DNA of 64,000 nt, from positions 1,787-65,786 of the forward strand of contig DAINCF010000001.1 of assembly GCA_036732565.1 (NCBI GenBank). The letters run 5' to 3'. The position numbers and the translations under genes were made by a program. The notes under the pieces are model-generated. The model was not told the DNA's origin. It ran no database searches and saw only the letters and a program-made list of their open reading frames with translations. Of the stretch, positions 19,154 through 26,894 are shown in pieces. This DNA is from Vicinamibacterales bacterium (GTDB lineage: Bacteria > Acidobacteriota > Vicinamibacteria > Vicinamibacterales > UBA2999). Each line of letters starts with the position of its first letter. Position 1 is the stretch's first letter.

Positions 19154-19238
19154 GGGCCGTTCCGTAGGAACGGCCGGATTGCGCTCCCCAAGCACTCTGG
19201 CGACAGTAGCAATCCTGTTGATACGCTCCACTAGAGGG
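19154..19238 (+). repeat. ~85-nt conserved element, copy A (GGGCCGTTCC-GTA-GGAACGGCC hairpin plus a conserved tail ...ATCCTGTTGATACGCTCCACTAGAGG)
   Basis: Hand alignment to the reverse complement of 49452-49536. The first 22 nt are identical, and the blocks TCCCC[AG]AGC[AG]CTC..GGC and ATCCTGT[TC]GATACGCTCCA[CT]TAG are shared. Lies between convergent genes. Confidence 0.7.
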
Positions 19239-19245
19239 CGTTCGA

Positions 19246-20346
19246 TCAGGGCGTGTGTGTCAGCGCCAACACCGCGTAGGCGGTGGCAGCGTCGCTCATG
19301 AAGCGCGACGCCTCGGTCGACGGATCGCGTTCCTTGTTGAGCGACGAGGTCCACCACCGACCTGTCGCCGGATCTTGGTTGCGGCGCAACCAGTCCAGGC
19401 CGCGCGTGAGCGACGAGTCAGCCGACGAAGCCTCTGCCCGCTGCAAGGCGAGGGTGGCGAGGCCCGTCGCCAAGCCATCGCTGCGGCGGTCGGGGGCGCT
19501 CTTGTCGATGCGAGTCCACGCGCCGAGTGTGGAGAGGCTCCATCCACCATCCGGCTGTTGCAGCGCTCGCATCTCGTCCGCGACCGCACGGCGTTGATCG
19601 ACGCTGATCACGTCGTCCAGCGGCGCGGCCATCAGGATCAGCTTATTGAACGCGTTCTGCGCGGCGAACCCGCGTCCGAGAAAGTCGCGTAGCCGCGTGA
19701 GGCCGTCCTTGGCGTCGGCGCTCGAGGCGTACGGGCCGGGCGCCAGAGCGACAGCAGTCGCGGCGAGAGTGGCGCCAAAGTACGGCGCCGTTGGCGACTC
19801 CCACGGCTCGAGGTGAAAGTTCAACCAGGCCCAGGCACCGTTCAGCTCACCGGTGCGCATCTGCAGCGCCCACATGTTCGCGAACGCCGTGCGGGTGTCG
19901 TCTGCCAGCGCGCCCGTCTGCGCGTCGCGCGCGCTGAGCACCAGCGCGTTGAGCACCGCTTCGGAACCGCGCGACTCGCTGGTCTTCGGCAGACCGACGC
20001 GTTGATCCGAGTAGAACGGCGCCACCTCGTTCCAGAGCCGGACGCGCTTGGAGACGTTGGCGGTCAGCTTCTGCTCTTGCGGCGACGGCGCCGATTCGCC
20101 GAGATGCTTGCGAAGGGCAGGGCGGGCGAGCGCATAGGGGACCGCCGAATGACACGAGACGCAGAACGTGTCGTGATCCCGTGCGGCGTTGCGCCACGTG
20201 GACCACCATTCCATGCGTTCGTCAAGGTAGGTGGCGGCGCGTGTGGCGTCCCATCCCGTGGTCGATGCTTCGGGCGCGGCCGCCCGCGTGGCCAACCCGG
20301 CGAGCCCGATTGCGGAGAGCAAGACGAGCGTGGTGCCGAGCTTCAT
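19246..20346 (-). CDS. Secreted protein with one CXXCH motif and prenyltransferase/squalene-oxidase-like repeats (function unknown)
   Basis: Signal peptide [24 protein letters not shown]. Contains [13 protein letters not shown] and DPATGRWW repeat-like strings. Confidence 0.65.
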   Translation of the reverse strand: MKLGTTLVLLSAIGLAGLATRAAAPEASTTGWDATRAATYLDERMEWWSTWRNAARDHDTFCVSCHSAVPYALARPALRKHLGESAPSPQEQKLTANVSKRVRLWNEVAPFYSDQRVGLPKTSESRGSEAVLNALVLSARDAQTGALADDTRTAFANMWALQMRTGELNGAWAWLNFHLEPWESPTAPYFGATLAATAVALAPGPYASSADAKDGLTRLRDFLGRGFAAQNAFNKLILMAAPLDDVISVDQRRAVADEMRALQQPDGGWSLSTLGAWTRIDKSAPDRRSDGLATGLATLALQRAEASSADSSLTRGLDWLRRNQDPATGRWWTSSLNKERDPSTEASRFMSDAATAYAVLALTHTP

Positions 20347-20367
20347 AGCGGCCGATTCTACTCCCTG

Positions 20368-21210
20368 CTAGCGCTGACAGATAGGGCAGTAGAAGGTCGA
20401 GCGGCCCGCCTGGGTACGTCGCTTGATCGTCCCGCCGCAGCGCGATCGCAGGCAGTGCTGGCCTTCTCGGTCGTAGACGCGGAACCGCGACGATCGATAG
20501 GTGGCGTTCAACTCGCGCTCCACGGCCCTGGTCAGCACCTGCTTGATTGCCTTCGTCAGGCGATGCGCATGCTCCCGCGGCGCACCGGACGGTGTCGCGA
20601 TGGTGGATGCTCGCCGATGCGGCAGTAACCCAGCGTGATGAAGCGCCTCGCTGACGTAGATGTTGCCAAGACCCGCGACCACGCGTTGATCCAGCAGGGC
20701 GGCCTTGAGCGACGTCTTTTTGCCTCGGCAGGCTCGTGCCAAGACCGCTGCGCTGAAGTCTTCCGCCAGCGGCTCGGGGCCCAACCGCCTCAGCGCAGGG
20801 TGATCTGCAAGTTCGTCCCGCGGCGAGAGGTCCATGAAGCCGAAGCGTCGCGGATCGTTGAACAGGACCGTTGCGCCAGACGACATCCGGAAGATCACGT
20901 GATCGTGAGGCTCGGGATCTCGCGATCCCGCGTCGCTCGAACCGGACGCATCCATATCGCGCGCGATGCGAAACCAACCGGTCATGCCGAGGTGCATCAG
21001 CAGCGTCTCGCCCGACGACAACTCCGCCAGCAGATACTTGGCTCGCCGATTCAGCGCTCGCACGGTCTGACCGGTAAGTCGCGTCACGAAACCCGCAGGG
21101 AACGGCGCCCGCAGGTTGGGCCGTCGCAGAACGACGGACTCGAAGCGCGCGCCGGTCATGACGGGCTCGAGCGTGCGGCGAACGGCTTCGACCTCCGGAA
21201 GCTCAGGCAA
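20368..21210 (-). CDS. mutM: Formamidopyrimidine-DNA glycosylase
   Basis: MPELPEVEAVRRTL N-terminus, an H2TH region, and the C-terminal zinc finger CLRSRCGGTIKRRTQAGRSTFYCPICQ. Confidence 0.9.
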   Translation of the reverse strand: MPELPEVEAVRRTLEPVMTGARFESVVLRRPNLRAPFPAGFVTRLTGQTVRALNRRAKYLLAELSSGETLLMHLGMTGWFRIARDMDASGSSDAGSRDPEPHDHVIFRMSSGATVLFNDPRRFGFMDLSPRDELADHPALRRLGPEPLAEDFSAAVLARACRGKKTSLKAALLDQRVVAGLGNIYVSEALHHAGLLPHRRASTIATPSGAPREHAHRLTKAIKQVLTRAVERELNATYRSSRFRVYDREGQHCLRSRCGGTIKRRTQAGRSTFYCPICQR

Positions 21211-21244
21211 CGCTCAAGCATAGCAGCCGCGAAGGAGCGGGACG

Positions 21245-23875
21245 CTAGCTGGTCCCCTTCTCCAGCGCCGCCTTCAGGCGCGGATCCGACGCGACCGACG
21301 CCAAGTCTTCGTCTAACGCTGCTTCGCTCCTGCTGTGACCATCGGCAAGAGCACGTGCGACCGCGTCCACACCACGGTCGATCTCGCCGGCGAGAATCAA
21401 CGTGACGCCCGCGCGATAGCGAGTCGTCGCCGCAATCTTGTCTGCCGCGAGCACATTGGCGGCCAGGCGGACCGCCTGTTCGCGATGCCCGAGCTTCGCG
21501 TGACAGATGGCCTGCAGGCTGAGCGACTGGAGATCCGACGCGTTGACTTGCAGCTCACGTTCTGTCAGCGCAATCGCGGTCTCGTATGCGTCACGAGAAC
21601 GTCCCGTCAAACCGAGTTTGGCGAAAACATCACCAAGATTGCGATGGGTCACGGGTCTCCTTGGGTCGAGACGGACCGCTTCCTCGTAGGCCATCGCCGC
21701 GTCTTCGTACCGACCGTTGTCGTAGTGGATCTTTGCGATGTTCGCGTGCGTCATGGCATGAGGGGCAATGCTCAGGGCCTTGTAATATGTCTCCAGCGCT
21801 TCACTCGTGCGTCCGGCCGCGTGCAACGCTGTGCCGAGCTGCTGGAGAGCCAACCCGTTGTTCGGGCGGAGCTCGGCGAGTCGACGGAAGTGCGGCACCG
21901 CGTCCTCGTATCGCCCCGCTTCGAACAGCACGAGCCCAGTGGTGCGGTGATTGTCCCAATAGCCAGGTCGCAGCGTGCGCGCCGTCGCCAGATCGTCGAG
22001 CGCCTCCGCCGTGCGCCCGAGGTCGGCCTGCAACCGGCCACGCATGCGATAGAGGTCGTCGCTGGTCGGCTGAAGAGCGACGGCTCTGTTGACTTCATTC
22101 AGCGCGTCTTGGTACCGCCCCATGCCCCGGTAGATTATGGCGAGCGTGTATCGAACGGTGGGCTCGTCCGGGTTGAGGCGCACTGCCTCGAGCGCCGCCG
22201 ATCGGGCGCGATCGGTCCACGTCTCATCCCGCGTGACTTGATACTTCTGCCAGTAGGCCTCCGCGAGACTGGCGTGTGCGAGCACGAACTGCGGATCGCG
22301 CTCGATGGCTCGCGCCAGCAGCCCAATCGCGTAATCCGCGTTGCCGGCCACCTCCGGCGTGCGCATGTACTCGCGGGCCTGCGCGTACTCCTCGAAGGCC
22401 TGAGCGTTCACCGACAGCGCTCGCCGCACCGCAATGGGGTCCAGCAGATCGCGCGTCACGCGTAGACCCCCGCGACGCAGCGCGAGCTCGGTCCCGTTGA
22501 TGGTGGCTTCAGCCAGTACCTGGGGATCGGTGAGCGCTGCACGTGCTGATTGCGACGCCAAGGGCACGTTCTTGCTCGTGGTCAGCGAGAACGTGATGTC
22601 GAGCGCGTTGCCGTTTCGCTGCACGCTGCCCAACAGCACGTGGGTCGCGCCGACGTCAATCGCCTGATCGGAGACAGGTGGCGCCTGCCGTACCATGACG
22701 AGGTCGGAGGACCGCCCGAGAGATTGCAGTAGGAGCTGTTCGAGCGCTGCGGCGATGTGTCCCGACATCGCATCGGCGCCGACCGCCGACATCTTCAAGG
22801 CAAGTACCGGGCGTTCGCCTGATTGACGGGGAGTCGTCAAGTATCCCAAGGCGCCGACCACTATCAGAGCCAACGTCGCGGCGGCCGCGGCGAAGCTTGG
22901 TCGGACTCTGGTTGGGCGGCTCTTGGAAGCCGGTCCGGTGACGCCGTGCAGCGCGGCGTCGAGCGCCGACTGCATTTCGGCGGCGGATGCATAGCGCAGG
23001 GTCGGATCCGGCGCCATCGCGGTGGCCGCCACACCAATCAGCGTCTTGTGAATGTGCAGATCCTGAGGTGGCACCGCTAGAGGCTTCGTGTCGGCCGAGG
23101 CGGACGACTCCGCGGCGCCGATCAGCAAATCCGCAAGGATCACACCGACGCTGTACACATCCGTCTGCGCTCCGGGAGGCTGTCCCAGTAGGCGTTCCGG
23201 TGCGAGGAAGCGTGGCGTCCCAGCCAGACCCATGCTCACGGTGTGCATCGACGGAGCATCCAGCCGCGCAAGGCCGAAGTCCAACACCTTGATGTCATTG
23301 GCCGGCAGAATGAACACGTTGGCCGGCTTGAGATCGCAATGAATCACGCCTTTCGAATGCGCATGCCGAACCGCCTCGAGGATTTGCCGGACATAGCCCG
23401 CGGCCTCGGTCGCGGCCACACGACCCTCACGCTGGCGATCGCCGAGCGTCCGTCCTTCCAGAAGTTCCATGACGATGTGGAGTCGTCCGTGAGCCTCGAG
23501 CACATCGTAGATGGTGGCAATGTTGCTGTGGTGGAGGCGCGCAACCATCCTGGCCTCGCGCAGCAGGCTCGCGTGGGCCACCGTTCCGGTGAGCACTTTC
23601 AACGCGACCTGGCGCAGCAGCCGCGTGTCGTCGGCCAAATACACTTGGCCCATTCCACCCTGGCCGAGGAGCGAGACTACGCAATACGGACCGATGGTTT
23701 GGCCAGCGGCGTAGACCGGCACGGCTTCGTCGTGGTGGACGTGCGGTATGAGCGGAACGTCAAGGAACCCCCTGGCTGCGCCTTCCAGCTCCACGAGCGC
23801 GGCGACGCGATGGTCGAGTGGGTCGAGCGACCCTTGCAAATCCAGCAGCCGCGATCGTCGCTCTTCGATAGGCAA
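21245..23875 (-). CDS. Ser/Thr protein kinase with a TM segment, a TolB-N/CsgG-like periplasmic module and C-terminal TPR repeats
   Basis: Kinase motifs GQGGMGQVYLA, VALKVL, HCDLKPANV, DFGLA and APE. One TM segment (AAAATLALIVVGALGYL). Long TPR array (YWQKYQ..., ALQPTSDD...). Confidence 0.9.
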   Translation of the reverse strand: MPIEERRSRLLDLQGSLDPLDHRVAALVELEGAARGFLDVPLIPHVHHDEAVPVYAAGQTIGPYCVVSLLGQGGMGQVYLADDTRLLRQVALKVLTGTVAHASLLREARMVARLHHSNIATIYDVLEAHGRLHIVMELLEGRTLGDRQREGRVAATEAAGYVRQILEAVRHAHSKGVIHCDLKPANVFILPANDIKVLDFGLARLDAPSMHTVSMGLAGTPRFLAPERLLGQPPGAQTDVYSVGVILADLLIGAAESSASADTKPLAVPPQDLHIHKTLIGVAATAMAPDPTLRYASAAEMQSALDAALHGVTGPASKSRPTRVRPSFAAAAATLALIVVGALGYLTTPRQSGERPVLALKMSAVGADAMSGHIAAALEQLLLQSLGRSSDLVMVRQAPPVSDQAIDVGATHVLLGSVQRNGNALDITFSLTTSKNVPLASQSARAALTDPQVLAEATINGTELALRRGGLRVTRDLLDPIAVRRALSVNAQAFEEYAQAREYMRTPEVAGNADYAIGLLARAIERDPQFVLAHASLAEAYWQKYQVTRDETWTDRARSAALEAVRLNPDEPTVRYTLAIIYRGMGRYQDALNEVNRAVALQPTSDDLYRMRGRLQADLGRTAEALDDLATARTLRPGYWDNHRTTGLVLFEAGRYEDAVPHFRRLAELRPNNGLALQQLGTALHAAGRTSEALETYYKALSIAPHAMTHANIAKIHYDNGRYEDAAMAYEEAVRLDPRRPVTHRNLGDVFAKLGLTGRSRDAYETAIALTERELQVNASDLQSLSLQAICHAKLGHREQAVRLAANVLAADKIAATTRYRAGVTLILAGEIDRGVDAVARALADGHSRSEAALDEDLASVASDPRLKAALEKGTS

Positions 23876-23995
23876 CGCACAGAGATCTGCGACGCCACTG
23901 CTTGCGGTCCCTCTCGAGCGTCGGCGGACCCGGTGGCTCCGGTTCCTGTAGCAGGTCGCGGAGAGACACTTCTCGCACGTAGCCTCCTTCGTGAG

Positions 23996-24562
23996 TCAAG
24001 CCTGGCGCAACTGGTCGAATAACCACAGACGCGCAGTCAGCCAGTCTCGCTTGACCGTTCCGGTGGACAGTTCGAGTACGGTCGCTGTTTCCTCGATCGA
24101 CAGCCCTCCAAAAAAGCGCAATTCGACGATCCGGGCCTGTCGTGAATCCAGTGCCGCGAGGCGACCGAGCGCCGCGTCGAGTGCCACGAGATCCGTCTCC
24201 GGAGTCATCGGCGCGGCCACCTCCGCCTCCTCCAGAGGAATAGGACGGACACCCAGACCGCGCTTCCACGCCGCACGCCTGCGAGCGTGATCCAATAGGA
24301 CACGACGGGCCAAGCGCGCTGCGATGGCGAGGAAGTGCGCCCGATTCTGCCAATTGACTCGACGCTGATCAACCAGGCGCAAGTAGACCTCGTGCACGAG
24401 AGCCGTGGACTGCAGCGTGTGACCCGCGCGTTCTCCGCGCAACTGTCGGGCCGCCAATCGGCGGAGCTCCGGGTAGACGGCGCGAATCAGCTCGTCGAGC
24501 GCCGCCTGGTCGCCACCCTGCCATCGTTGGAGTAGGCGGGTGACATCCGGCTCCTCAACCAT
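23996..24562 (-). CDS. ECF-type RNA polymerase sigma factor (TIGR02999-like; the kinase-associated ECF group)
   Basis: DVTRLLQRWQGGDQAALDELIRAVYPELRRLA... and STALVHEVYLRL are hallmark strings. The ORF track starts at GTG 24589, but ATG 24562 has GCAGGAGG 5 nt upstream. Confidence 0.85.
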   Translation of the reverse strand: MVEEPDVTRLLQRWQGGDQAALDELIRAVYPELRRLAARQLRGERAGHTLQSTALVHEVYLRLVDQRRVNWQNRAHFLAIAARLARRVLLDHARRRAAWKRGLGVRPIPLEEAEVAAPMTPETDLVALDAALGRLAALDSRQARIVELRFFGGLSIEETATVLELSTGTVKRDWLTARLWLFDQLRQA

Positions 24563-24800
24563 CTGTGCCTCCTGCGTTACCGCCGGCACACGGGCGAACT
24601 GTGCCGCCGTCAGGCTTTGCTTGAGCGATTCAGAGAAGGTTGGATTATCGCCTGAACGAGAAAGGCTGCGTCTGAACCTTTAGGGCGGAATGTCCCTACT
24701 GGGGGAACGGCAGTCAGGCTCGACGCCGTTCCGACATCGCCGTTGAATACGTTTGGCAGTCTCGGAGCGGCCCCGAGGATCTACATATGAGCGCGCGCTT

Positions 24801-25253
24801 TCAGTAGGTGACCCGGTACAGCAACCACGCCTTCATCCATTCCGCGTTGCGCCGATGGTAGAAGTCGCGTGCGGGCGTGTTCCAATCGAGCACCTGCCAA
24901 TCCATGCGACCGCACCCACGCTGTTCGCCCATTGTCCGCACATGGTCGAAGAGCATGCCGCCCGCTCCCGAGCCGCGTGCGTCTTCCAGGACGAACAGAT
25001 CTTCGAGATAGATCGTCGGCTTTGCCATGAAGCTCGAATAGGCCTCGAACCAGATCGCGTAGCCAACGGCCCGCCCGCCGTCGTCGACCGCGAGTGCGGC
25101 TTCGAAGCGCGGGCGCGGCCCCAACGCGTGGGAGCGAAGTCGCTCGACCGCCGCGGCATCTGGACGTTCGAGGTGCTCGTAGTCGGCAAGCGCGTGGATC
25201 AGCCGGACGAACTCGTCGAACCGATCTTCAGTGAGTGGAATGATGGTCATCAC
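24801..25253 (-). CDS. GNAT-family N-acetyltransferase
   Basis: 150 aa. The acetyl-CoA motif region is LEDLFVLEDARGSGAGGMLFDHV. Confidence 0.85.
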   Translation of the reverse strand: MMTIIPLTEDRFDEFVRLIHALADYEHLERPDAAAVERLRSHALGPRPRFEAALAVDDGGRAVGYAIWFEAYSSFMAKPTIYLEDLFVLEDARGSGAGGMLFDHVRTMGEQRGCGRMDWQVLDWNTPARDFYHRRNAEWMKAWLLYRVTY

Positions 25254-25295
25254 GGATTCGAGCGCGAGCCTGGAGCGGCGGCTCGTCTATCGAGA

Positions 25296-25784
25296 CTACT
25301 CCAGTCGCTTCCAGCCCCAGAGCTTCATCGTGTCGGTGGAGGACAAGCGGTGGCCGAGCTGATGTGCCAACATCGTGATCTGCCCGCGATGATGCGCATC
25401 GTGCTGCGCGAGGTAGAACATCATATTGACGGTCCGCCGCGGCATACCTTTGACTCGGCCCCGCCCGTCAACAAGCGCCGCGCGAAACAGCATCATGAAC
25501 GCCTCGCGACTGTGCCCCAGCGCCCGGCGCGCGTCCGCCTGTGTCGACGAGGCGCGGTCCAGCGAGGGCAGATCTGGATCCGCCCCGCCCATCTTCGCGA
25601 ACGTGCGCCGCACGCTCTGCATGTGGGCGACGATGGCGACAATCGACCGCCCGCCTCCGCCCGGCGGCTCGGCACGCCAGAGACTTCGTGGCAACACCGC
25701 AACCAAGAGCTCGCTGACGCGAAGCCCGTGGTCGAAGTTGTCCAGAAGCTCACGTTGCAAGTCGAAGGGCTGGCCAGACGCCAT
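25296..25784 (-). CDS. DinB-family protein
   Basis: FYLAQHDAHHRGQITMLAHQLG (DinB His triad region). Start chosen at MASGQPF (GAAGGA SD); the ORF extends to 25841. Confidence 0.75.
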   Translation of the reverse strand: MASGQPFDLQRELLDNFDHGLRVSELLVAVLPRSLWRAEPPGGGGRSIVAIVAHMQSVRRTFAKMGGADPDLPSLDRASSTQADARRALGHSREAFMMLFRAALVDGRGRVKGMPRRTVNMMFYLAQHDAHHRGQITMLAHQLGHRLSSTDTMKLWGWKRLE

Positions 25785-25844
25785 CGGTATCCTTCCATGC
25801 GCCCGAAAGTATGGGCGCGGATGCGAAGAATACATTGTCATAGG

Positions 25845-26471
25845 TCAACGTGAGGCGATCAGTAGTCCACTTCCACCAGTGTCGGTGAGCTTCGCAATCT
25901 GGTCCGTTTGCAGTTGAAATGGCTCGCGCCGTCCTGTGAGGACATCCCGTCTGGTGTACGTCTGGCGCATCAATCCTGAATGCGAGTGCTGCGACGAATC
26001 GAGCAAGAGGTGCCCGAGCTCGTGGGCGATCACTTGGCCAACCATCCTCCCGAAGAGCGAGCGCACCGTTGGCTCACCCGCCTCAGTCATGCTCGCTCGC
26101 ACCAATGCCAAGACCGCTGCTGGCGAGATCACGATGACACGCCGCCAGGTCTTGCCAGCACGAAAGACGGCGCCGAGGGGGTGATCGGCAGGTCGTCCGC
26201 TTGCCGCTGATAGCTCGTCGTCTGCGCAGATCAGCTGAACGACCAGGCTTGGAGTGGTCTGTGCGAGGGCGTTGTCGGGCCACGCAAACGCGACTCCGTA
26301 CGGCGCCCACACTGCGCTGACTTCTCGGCGTGCCACTTGGAGCACACGATCACTGATTGTGCACGGTCCCATCGTGACGGTCACAGTCAACACGGAGCTC
26401 GTTGCGGCCCCCGTGATCGTGACGCTAGTGAGAAGAACCGCCACTATCAGGCACAGCGCGTTGCGCTTCAT
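25845..26471 (-). CDS. Secreted HExxH protein (putative zinc metallopeptidase-like), family unknown
   Basis: Start MKRNALCLIVAVLL (GGAGGA SD, 26471) with a signal peptide. Contains VIAHELGHLLLDSSQHSH. Confidence 0.6.
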   Translation of the reverse strand: MKRNALCLIVAVLLTSVTITGAATSSVLTVTVTMGPCTISDRVLQVARREVSAVWAPYGVAFAWPDNALAQTTPSLVVQLICADDELSAASGRPADHPLGAVFRAGKTWRRVIVISPAAVLALVRASMTEAGEPTVRSLFGRMVGQVIAHELGHLLLDSSQHSHSGLMRQTYTRRDVLTGRREPFQLQTDQIAKLTDTGGSGLLIASR

Positions 26472-26796
26472 CGCTTCCTCCTGCGCCACTCAGGACGGAC
26501 GACAGAAGGAAGTTCGCGTGTGCAATTCCCGACGATGCTGGTGAGACTACATACGTCGAGTTCTGGAGTCTTCTGTGAGCGGGTGAGACCAACGTGCTAC
26601 CGCAGCCGACGAGATGGAATCCTGCTTCGCGGTCCGGATCTGGATTCTGCCGTTTCGTCCAAAGCAGTGCGTGTGGCAACAGTACGTCCTTCAACACCGC
26701 GTCGCGAGCCCAAGCCGTTGCAACGCCATTGTTGACGACGATGACGGCAAACGATCGACCGTTCACGTCCGCACGAAATGTCAGTCTGTTCGACAT
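26425..26796 (-). CDS. Hypothetical small protein (tentative)
   Basis: ATG 26796 preceded by GGAGGCGAGTC. The N-terminal ~80 aa (MSNRLTFRADVNGRSFAVIVVNNGVATAWARDAVLKDVLLPHALLW...) look protein-like. The C-terminal tail looks non-coding and overlaps the next gene by 47 nt. Confidence 0.3.
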   Translation of the reverse strand: MSNRLTFRADVNGRSFAVIVVNNGVATAWARDAVLKDVLLPHALLWTKRQNPDPDREAGFHLVGCGSTLVSPAHRRLQNSTYVVSPASSGIAHANFLLSSVLSGAGGSDEAQRAVPDSGGSSH

Positions 26797-26894
26797 GACT
26801 CGCCTCCATGAACTCGACTTGCGTACTCTGCGCGTGAGGGGAGGTAGCGGTTCGTCGCCTCTCCTTGACCAATCGCCTGCGGCGCAACCCAGGC

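Noticed and set aside
24688-24731. A hairpin GGAACGGC-N13-GCCGTTCC upstream of the ECF sigma gene. On the minus strand it can be read as an ECF-type promoter (GGAAC-N18-CGTT), or as a third, partial copy of the 85-nt element.
   Set aside because: This is a motif-only resemblance. GGAAC is part of a palindrome arm shared with the repeat family, and the spacing is longer than typical ECF promoters. I kept it as a note, not a feature.
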